Of a stretch of 64,000 nucleotides of DNA, positions 56,557 to 64,000 are shown piece after piece (positions within the stretch are counted from its first letter, which is position 1; each line of letters begins with the position of its first letter). Made by a program: the position numbers and the translations under genes. The notes under the pieces were generated by a model. The model ran no database searches, was not told where the DNA came from, and was given only the letters and a program-made list of their open reading frames with translations. The DNA is taken from positions 44,477 to 108,476 of the forward strand of contig JBJFGS010000038.1 in the NCBI GenBank assembly GCA_051892935.1, written 5' to 3'. This DNA comes from Candidatus Coprovivens sp. Lineage in GTDB: Bacteria; Bacillota_I; Bacilli_A; RF39; UBA660.

Positions 56557-58578
56557 TTATTGCTCTTCTTCATAATCACAAGAACTACAAACAATCTTGT
56601 TATTTTTTTCAATTAACATTTCTTCACATTTAGGGCAACTCTTATTTATTGGTTTATACCAATATGCAGTCTTACATTTAGGATATTTATCGCATCCATA
56701 GAATATTTTTCCTTTTCTACTTTTCTTTTCAACAATTTTACCAGAACATTTTGGACAATCACATATTTCAACAGATTTTATTTCTTCTTTTTTTATGTAT
56801 TTACAATCTGGATAATTTGAACAAGCAACAAATTCCCCATATTTACCTGTTCTAACTACTAAAGGATTCCCACATTCAGGACAAATCTCCCCAGTCGGTT
56901 CGGCCTCCTTTTTCTCCATATTCTTAAATGCATCTTGAACCATCGGTTCAAATTTACCATAAAAATCTTTTAATACTTTAATGTTATCCAATTTATCAAG
57001 AGCTATTTCATCTAAGTCACTTTCCATTTTTGCCGTATATTCAACATTAATTATGTCACTAAAACCTTCTTGTAATTTATCAGTTGTTTCAATACCAATC
57101 TTAGTAGGAACAAATTTTTTATCCTCAACTTTAACATAATCTCTAGCTTTTATTGTTTCCATAATAGTAGCATATGTAGAAGGTCTACCAATACCAAGGC
57201 TTTCTAACTCTTTTATAAGTGTACTTTCAGTATATCTAGAAGCAGGTTTAGTAAAATGTTGCTCTTTTACAACCTCATCTGCCTTTAATGTAGTAATCCC
57301 AGCCAAATCAGGTAATACAACATCAGTTGAAGCTTCATAAGAACCATATATCTTTAAATAACCATCAAATACTAAAACACTACCAGTTGCTTTAAACTCA
57401 TAATCATTATTTAATAAAGTTACAGCAGTAGCTTTAACTCTAGCATCAGCCATTAAACAAGCCAAACTTCTAGCATAAATTAAACTATATAATTTATATT
57501 CATCTGAAGATAAATACTTTTTCAAAGATTCAGGTGTTCGATATGGACTAGTAACACGAATACCTTCATGAGCATCCTGCATATTATCATTCTTTTTTTG
57601 TTGTTTAACATATCCTACATATTTATCTCCATACACATCTTTTATATAAGAAAAAGCTTCACTAATAAATTGAGGAGACAATCTCTCACTATCTGTACGC
57701 ATATAAGTAATAAGACCTACTGTTTCACTACCAATGTCAATACCTTCATATAGTTTTTGTGCAACTCTCATTGTCTTACTACTAGAAAATGATAATTTAT
57801 TTGCAGCAGTTTGTTGCATAGTACTAGTTTTAAAAGGCATAACTCCTTTTTTATTTTTTTCTTTACATTCAACATTAATAATTTTAAATATTTCATCAAG
57901 TGAATCTAACACAAATTGTGCTTCTTCTTCACTATGTAATTCTAACTTCTCACCTTTATACTTCTCAGCATCAGCTTTCATTTCGCCAAAATTAGCTGTA
58001 ATTGACCAATACTCTTCTGGAATAAATGCCTCTATTTCTCTTTCACGATCAACAATTAATTTAAGAGCGACACTCTGAACTCTTCCTGCACTTTTTCCAC
58101 CAGTTTTAGATTGCATCAATTTAGACAATCTAAAACCTATTATTCTATCCAAAATTCTCCTAGTTTCTTGACTCTTTACTAAATTAATATCAATATCTCT
58201 AGTATTTTTAAATGCTTCTATAATAACATCCTTAGTTATTTCATTAAATGTTACTCTCTCGTAGTTTTTTTTCAAACCTAAAGTTTCTTTTAAATGCCAA
58301 CTTATAGCTTCACCTTCACGATCTGGGTCGGTTGCCAAATAAACTTCATCAGATTCCTTAGCTAGTTTTTTCAAATTAGAAATAACTTTACTTTTCCCTT
58401 TCATAGTAACATATGAAGGTGCAAAATCATTTTCAACATCAACACCTAATCCAAATTTACCAGTAGTAGATAAATCCCTAATATGTCCCATACTAGCAAC
58501 TACGGTATAATCACTACCTAAATATTTTTCAATGGTTTTACTTTTACTTGGAGACTCAACTATAACTAATTTTTTCAT
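56557..58578 (-). CDS. topA: DNA topoisomerase I
   Basis: IVESP.K, ATDPDREGE, SAGRVQ, ITYMRTDS, C-terminal zinc ribbons. Confidence 0.97.
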   Translation of the reverse strand: MKKLVIVESPSKSKTIEKYLGSDYTVVASMGHIRDLSTTGKFGLGVDVENDFAPSYVTMKGKSKVISNLKKLAKESDEVYLATDPDREGEAISWHLKETLGLKKNYERVTFNEITKDVIIEAFKNTRDIDINLVKSQETRRILDRIIGFRLSKLMQSKTGGKSAGRVQSVALKLIVDREREIEAFIPEEYWSITANFGEMKADAEKYKGEKLELHSEEEAQFVLDSLDEIFKIINVECKEKNKKGVMPFKTSTMQQTAANKLSFSSSKTMRVAQKLYEGIDIGSETVGLITYMRTDSERLSPQFISEAFSYIKDVYGDKYVGYVKQQKKNDNMQDAHEGIRVTSPYRTPESLKKYLSSDEYKLYSLIYARSLACLMADARVKATAVTLLNNDYEFKATGSVLVFDGYLKIYGSYEASTDVVLPDLAGITTLKADEVVKEQHFTKPASRYTESTLIKELESLGIGRPSTYATIMETIKARDYVKVEDKKFVPTKIGIETTDKLQEGFSDIINVEYTAKMESDLDEIALDKLDNIKVLKDFYGKFEPMVQDAFKNMEKKEAEPTGEICPECGNPLVVRTGKYGEFVACSNYPDCKYIKKEEIKSVEICDCPKCSGKIVEKKSRKGKIFYGCDKYPKCKTAYWYKPINKSCPKCEEMLIEKNNKIVCSSCDYEEEQ

Positions 58579-58616
58579 ATTTTTTTCCTTTCTTGTTGTA
58601 AGAATAACCAGCTCTA

Positions 58617-60740
58617 CTAAGAGCTGGCTATTTCTTCTTCTGAACTAGTAATATTATATTCCTCTTTAGCTTCATAAAGATAATTAAAATAATTAACTTT
58701 TATAGCTAAATTAGACATAGAAATTCTATTTTTTATTGTCTCATTAATTTGCTTTATTTGTTCAGTAGTATAAGTTTTATTCTTATCATTATAAGTAATT
58801 TTACCAGAAGTAGCATTATAATAAGCAATATCATCTTTCCATGAACCATCAGCAAATATTACTCTATTCTCATAAGTATCAGACAATAAATCTTTACCAG
58901 CATATAATCTAGGATCATAATCTAAACCAAAAAGATTTGCAACTGTTGGAACAATATTCATATATGATGTATACTCACTATACTTTTGAGGATGAATATT
59001 AGAATTATAAATAATAAAAGGAGTTCTATCAACATTATTTTGAACAGAAACATCATAATCAAAATATGAATTTAAAGTTGAATTAGTTAAACCATATGGA
59101 TAATGATCAGAATATAAAACTAAAACAGTATCTTCTAATTTGCCTTGTTCCTCTAATCCTTTTAATAATTCACCAATAGCTAAATCAAACTCTTTCAATT
59201 TAGACATATACCTCTTAAGTGAAGTATTATAATTTGTATCTTTAAATAAATCAACATGTTTATCACCAAGTTCACTACTTTGTGTATATGGTTGATGTGC
59301 AGATACAGTAGTCATCCAAACCATAAATTGCTCTTGATCCTCCGTTTTTTCTAATACCTTATTTACTAATTCAACATCACTAGGCCACTCTTGATATACA
59401 TTAACATATGGTATTCCAAGTTCTTTAACACCATAATAAGCCCCACTCCCCATATTTGGATGGATAGTTTTTCTAGCATAATATTGTTCTGTATAATTAT
59501 GATAACTTGAGGTTGTATACCCTGCATTATTAAATAAATTAAAAATTGCTTCAGGATAATAATTATTCTTAAAATTATTAGCAGTACAAGAATTATTAAT
59601 AGTATATAAAGAAACCATTCCACTCATTTCATTATTTCCAGTAGAACAAGAATTTCTAGGACTATAAGCATTATCCCATGCCCATCCTTCATTATATAAT
59701 TTATATAAATTAGGAAAATATTCTTCATTAATTGCTATAGTATTAGTTGATTCCATCATAATAACAATTAAGTTCTTACCTTTAAAGAAACCTGTAAAAT
59801 CATTTTTATCAGTTATTTCCTGACTAATATAGTAATTATGAAGCTTTCTGTAATTTGAATTGCTTTCTTCTTTTATTATTTTCTCCCAAATAGTATCATC
59901 AATATACCTCGTATAATCACTAATTATCTGCTCTGGTTTTTCATATCCTTCATCAAACTTAGTTCCTTCAACTTCTTTAGGAGGATTTATAACACTCATT
60001 AAATCAGAAACAATATAACCAGAATAGCCAAACTGTCCAATTGCAATATTAGGCATATCAGGATTCATAAATAAATCAAAATTATTTTTTAATAACAATT
60101 CATTTTGCATAATATCCGTCTTTAAAGTCCAAACATATGCACCAAAAAAGACTCCACAAAAAATAATAGAAAATGCAATGCTAGTCAATTTACTAGATCT
60201 CTTTTTATTTTTTAGTATTATAGCATTATCAATTTTTCTCTCTTCACTATCAAATTTATCGGCAAAATCAATTGTATCATTTCTCTCCATTATCTTAATT
60301 TTTCTATCGATAAATAAATAAAACAAAGCTAGTATAGCTAGAGGAATGGTAAGCAACCAAAAACGCCACGAAAAACTTGCAAAATAATCAGCTATATAAT
60401 CTTTAACTGCCCCAGCTTGAGAACTAGTTCCTATAGACATAAAAACTCCCAAATAGTTAACAAATCCAGCTTGAGCAATAGCATAAACAGTTGCAGCCAA
60501 AACAACTACAAAAGACAATATATTACCAGCAACTCTTCCACAAAAAGAAAATAAAAATCCAAACAATAAACTAATAAAATTAATACCAATAAATATTCTA
60601 AGTAAAGCCCAGTCTAATAATGGTAATTCTACAGTAGGTACAACAATTGGTACAATTATTCTAAACAATACCTCAATTGCAAACAAAAAAATCATCATTA
60701 AAAAATAATTCTTAAACGCATTGTTATAAAATATTTTCAT
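58617..60740 (-). CDS. LTA synthase family protein
   Basis: N-terminal TMs; NLIVI.MES, T...E, H.PY, SDH.P sulfatase-like domain. Confidence 0.88.
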   Translation of the reverse strand: MKIFYNNAFKNYFLMMIFLFAIEVLFRIIVPIVVPTVELPLLDWALLRIFIGINFISLLFGFLFSFCGRVAGNILSFVVVLAATVYAIAQAGFVNYLGVFMSIGTSSQAGAVKDYIADYFASFSWRFWLLTIPLAILALFYLFIDRKIKIMERNDTIDFADKFDSEERKIDNAIILKNKKRSSKLTSIAFSIIFCGVFFGAYVWTLKTDIMQNELLLKNNFDLFMNPDMPNIAIGQFGYSGYIVSDLMSVINPPKEVEGTKFDEGYEKPEQIISDYTRYIDDTIWEKIIKEESNSNYRKLHNYYISQEITDKNDFTGFFKGKNLIVIMMESTNTIAINEEYFPNLYKLYNEGWAWDNAYSPRNSCSTGNNEMSGMVSLYTINNSCTANNFKNNYYPEAIFNLFNNAGYTTSSYHNYTEQYYARKTIHPNMGSGAYYGVKELGIPYVNVYQEWPSDVELVNKVLEKTEDQEQFMVWMTTVSAHQPYTQSSELGDKHVDLFKDTNYNTSLKRYMSKLKEFDLAIGELLKGLEEQGKLEDTVLVLYSDHYPYGLTNSTLNSYFDYDVSVQNNVDRTPFIIYNSNIHPQKYSEYTSYMNIVPTVANLFGLDYDPRLYAGKDLLSDTYENRVIFADGSWKDDIAYYNATSGKITYNDKNKTYTTEQIKQINETIKNRISMSNLAIKVNYFNYLYEAKEEYNITSSEEEIASS

Positions 60741-61387
60741 TTTCTTATCACTACCTTCATCATATTAATTAAATCACTAACAGGTTTGTATGTAAACCTA
60801 TAGTTTTCCAAAACTCCATATTTTGCAATATTTTCAAGATGAGCCTTAGTAGGATAACCTTTATGGCTAGCAAATCCATATTCAGGATATTTTTTATCTA
60901 ATTCATACATCATTCTATCTCTTGTAACTTTAGCAATAACCGAACCAGCAGCAATACTCAAAGACAAAGCATCACCATGAATTATATCCTTATATGGAAT
61001 ATCAATATTGTTTAGTTTCATAGCATCACTTAAAACAAATTCTGGTTTAACATCCATATTCTCAATTGCTAATTTCATTGCTAATCTAGATGCTTCTAAT
61101 ATATTAATCTCATCTATTTTCTCCGGACCAACTATTCCAATCCCCACACTAATAGCTTCCTTCATTATTATATCATAAAATAGCTCTCTTTTCTTCTCGG
61201 AAATTTTCTTGCTATCTGTCAAACCAGGTAAAGAATAATTAACAGGCAATATAACACAAGCTGCAACAACAGGACCTACCAAAGGACCTCTTCCAACCTC
61301 ATCTACACCGCCTATTAAAGTAATACCTTGATTATATAACTCTTTCTCATACTTTAATAAATCAATATTTTCTTCCTTTTTTTTCAT
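60737..61387 (-). CDS. rnhB: Ribonuclease HII
   Basis: GVDEVGRGPL.GPV, DSKK, AKVTRD, HKGY.T. Confidence 0.96.
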   Translation of the reverse strand: MKKKEENIDLLKYEKELYNQGITLIGGVDEVGRGPLVGPVVAACVILPVNYSLPGLTDSKKISEKKRELFYDIIMKEAISVGIGIVGPEKIDEINILEASRLAMKLAIENMDVKPEFVLSDAMKLNNIDIPYKDIIHGDALSLSIAAGSVIAKVTRDRMMYELDKKYPEYGFASHKGYPTKAHLENIAKYGVLENYRFTYKPVSDLINMMKVVIRK

Positions 61388-61976
61388 ATTTTTCTACTAA
61401 CTCCTTATTTACAGGCAACTCTTTAAACTCTTCAATATCTACTTCTTCCATACTGACAGCACCTAACCATTCAATTACTTCCTCACAAGAATTAAAAACT
61501 TGATAAGGTTTCCTATAAGTTCCCATAACAAATCTCTGAGCAAACTCTTTATCAGAAGAATGAACTAAAATATTCCAATTAATATCAGGATAACCAGCTT
61601 TTAAACATAATTTATATCTAGCATACAATTTATTTATACTTACTCTAAAATCCTTTGTCTTACTGAATAATTTATGATATCTATATGTATTATCTTCATT
61701 TTCAAGTATACCTAAGAATACATACTTTTGATACAATTCATCAGGAATATTAAGTAAAGAAGGATCATTTGCTAATATAATTGTACTTTCAACATTTCCA
61801 ATACCAATTATAGAAAAAAAATCAAGTAATTTATTTAAATTAGCATAAACATATTCATCAGTTCTCCCATGAGACATATAATCAGTCATAACTTTAAAAA
61901 AATATTGTCGACTCTGTTCACTTAAAGAATCTAAACACAATTCTTTATTAAGAAAATCTTTTAAATTATCTGTCAT
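61362..61976 (-). CDS. Hypothetical protein inserted between rbgA and rnhB
   Basis: 204-aa ORF tightly coupled on both sides. Confidence 0.7.
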   Translation of the reverse strand: MTDNLKDFLNKELCLDSLSEQSRQYFFKVMTDYMSHGRTDEYVYANLNKLLDFFSIIGIGNVESTIILANDPSLLNIPDELYQKYVFLGILENEDNTYRYHKLFSKTKDFRVSINKLYARYKLCLKAGYPDINWNILVHSSDKEFAQRFVMGTYRKPYQVFNSCEEVIEWLGAVSMEEVDIEEFKELPVNKELVEKYEKKGRKY

Positions 61977-61982
61977 TATAAA

Positions 61983-62846
61983 TCAATCCATCCTATCAAA
62001 TGTAATACCTTTTATTCTTTCATTTTTTATATCTTCCAATATGGTTTTACTAACTCTGTCATAATCTATTTCCCCACCAGATATAATAGCTCCAATTTTT
62101 CTACCAATAGTTTCATAAACAGTTACTAAATCATCAATATCAAGACAATCTAAATTATATCTAGACTTCAAAATTCCAGGATAATATTTATCTAATTTTT
62201 CAAGTATATGAATAGCTACTTTATCTACTGGCAAAATATCTCTAGGTATCGCAGTAAATGCAGCTAAATTAAGAGCACCTTCTGAATCATCTAACTTAGG
62301 CCATAGTATTCCAGGACTATCTAATAACAAAATACCACTATTAGTTTTTAACCATGATAAATTCTTAGTTACACCAGGATTATTCCCAATAACAGCAACT
62401 TTTTTACCTGCTAACCTATTAATTAAAGTGCTTTTCCCCACGTTAGGAATACCTATTACCAAAGCTCTTACCTCTTTTTTAGCTAATCCCTTAGATAACC
62501 TTTTTTCTTGAATTTCATTAGTAATCTTATGAGTTAAATCAACTATTTCATTAACAGAATTATTTTGTGATAAATCTACCATAATTACATTATAACCCTG
62601 ATTCTCATAATATTTTACCCATTTTTTTGTTTCATTTATATCACACAAATCTTTTTTAGTCATAATAAGTATTCTAGGTTTATCTTTTAATAATTCATCA
62701 ATATCCTTAATCTTAGAAGACTTAGGTATTCTCGAATCAATTACTTCATAAACTATATCAATAAGATTATATTTTTCTTTAATAAGTCTCTTAGTTTTAG
62801 CCATATGACCAGGATACCAGTTGATATTTGTTTTATTTTCATTCAT
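61983..62846 (-). CDS. rbgA: Ribosome biogenesis GTPase RbgA/YlqF
   Basis: WYPGHMAK, D.RIP.SS, GIPNVGKSTLIN, PGVT, D.PGILWPK. Confidence 0.96.
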   Translation of the reverse strand: MNENKTNINWYPGHMAKTKRLIKEKYNLIDIVYEVIDSRIPKSSKIKDIDELLKDKPRILIMTKKDLCDINETKKWVKYYENQGYNVIMVDLSQNNSVNEIVDLTHKITNEIQEKRLSKGLAKKEVRALVIGIPNVGKSTLINRLAGKKVAVIGNNPGVTKNLSWLKTNSGILLLDSPGILWPKLDDSEGALNLAAFTAIPRDILPVDKVAIHILEKLDKYYPGILKSRYNLDCLDIDDLVTVYETIGRKIGAIISGGEIDYDRVSKTILEDIKNERIKGITFDRMD

Positions 62847-63010
62847 ATTATCACTCCATTTCGTGCAAATTTATATAAATATACCATAAATTTCTTATAT
62901 TTTTCTTTAAAAATTAAGGGGTAATTAAATCGTAATCAAGTTTTACTATATACCACTATGGTCACATGGCAAATAATATACTTTTATAATTACTTAAGTT
63001 TTAATAAGTA

Positions 63011-63766
63011 TTAAATATGTCTACTAATTGAATTAGAAATTACAAGTTTCTGATTATTATCACAAATTTTTTCAATATTTCCATTTGTTATTAAGTATGT
63101 CTCCCCATATATTGTTGCAATATTATTATCATCTATAAATACATGGCTACCATTACATTGTCCATATATTGATCTATTATATGATTCATTAATTATTGCA
63201 TTTCTTTGATACTTATCATTTTCATTAAAATTTGTAACGTCATACACAAAATGTGGCTCAATATTTATATTTGTTAAACCCAATCCATCAAAAAACACAG
63301 GTTCTGATTCATCTAATTCTTCTGGACTATTAAAACAATGTTCAGCCATATTTATAGCCCCAGCACTTTGTCCCATTACAACTCCAGAATAGGTAGATAA
63401 TAATAATTTTAAATCCATTTTTTCAAACAATAAATGTTGATTATAAGTGTCACCACCACATAAGAAAACTAAATCGGCATTTTCAATATATTCTCTTGCT
63501 TTATCAACTTTTGTTCCATCTAATATGTAATATTCATCAAATGTAATACCAACCATCTTCATACTATCAAAAAATATTCTAGCATAACTTTCAACTGAAT
63601 CTGGTGTACTATTAATATCAGAAGCAACAAATACTACTTTTTTAGTTTCTTTTAAAACTTTTTTTAATTGATCAACTATACCATTTTCATTACTCATTGG
63701 ATGCGTTATTTTTACTCCATCTTTTTTTTCATAATTTTTAAAATCACTTGTAAGTATTCTTATCAT
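63011..63766 (-). CDS. Peptidase S51 (peptidase E / class I glutamine amidotransferase-like)
   Basis: FL.GG.T, G.SAGA nucleophile elbow, GLGL....I.PH. Confidence 0.85.
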   Translation of the reverse strand: MIRILTSDFKNYEKKDGVKITHPMSNENGIVDQLKKVLKETKKVVFVASDINSTPDSVESYARIFFDSMKMVGITFDEYYILDGTKVDKAREYIENADLVFLCGGDTYNQHLLFEKMDLKLLLSTYSGVVMGQSAGAINMAEHCFNSPEELDESEPVFFDGLGLTNINIEPHFVYDVTNFNENDKYQRNAIINESYNRSIYGQCNGSHVFIDDNNIATIYGETYLITNGNIEKICDNNQKLVISNSISRHI

Positions 63767-63812
63767 GTTTAATCACTCCTTAACTACATTATAATACTTT
63801 TTTTATTATTTT

Positions 63813-64000
63813 TTATCTATATAAATTTTCTAACATATTTGTCAAACATTCATCTGCTGTTGGACCATTTTCAGAAAATCTCATTCTTACCAATCTACCA
63901 TTAACTTTAAATATATAAGGATTTTTTACTTTTGTTAAAAAATCCAAAATTCTCTCATTACTTGATTTTCTTCTATCAATTTTTATAGAACTTAATTCAT
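63813..64000 (-). CDS. Partial small protein, DUF6870-like (5' end outside window)
   Basis: Hand translation ...ELSSIKIDRRKSSNERILDFLTKVKNPYIFKVNGRLVRMRFSENGPTADECLTNMLENLYR-stop; I.ID......ERI..F....KNPY.F pattern. Confidence 0.6.
   Translation of the reverse strand, partial: ELSSIKIDRRKSSNERILDFLTKVKNPYIFKVNGRLVRMRFSENGPTADECLTNMLENLYR

Overview
A 64-kb, very AT-rich (roughly one quarter G+C by eye) chromosomal segment, almost entirely on the minus strand, translated with the standard bacterial code. It looks like a genome-reduced Bacilli lineage (RF39-like gut/rumen organism; inference). The backbone follows the Bacillus order: rbgA-rnhB, topA, lepA ... hemW, hrcA-grpE-dnaK-(pepF)-dnaJ, mtaB, recD2, AI-2E exporter, alaS. 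An Ala T-box and a CIRCE operator can be read directly from the DNA. About 24 kb of accessory genes separate lepA from hemW. This block holds the most notable signals: (1) an unannotated ~490-nt non-coding RNA (33396-33887, minus) with a consensus sigma-A promoter, a terminator, many long G-U-rich helices, pseudoknots and a 6-bp kissing loop, i.e. a large ornate RNA (ROOL-like or a new class); (2) a stand-alone nitrogenase-like operon (mini-subunit, degenerate component-1 subunit, NifH, MarR) with a 26-bp palindromic operator; (3) a LysR / kinase-GT2-NDK-like fusion / phosphotransferase / Nudix cluster; (4) three tandem paralogous orphan membrane proteins. No rRNA, tRNA, CRISPR array or transposase was seen. 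All calls come from reading motifs by eye; no database search was run.
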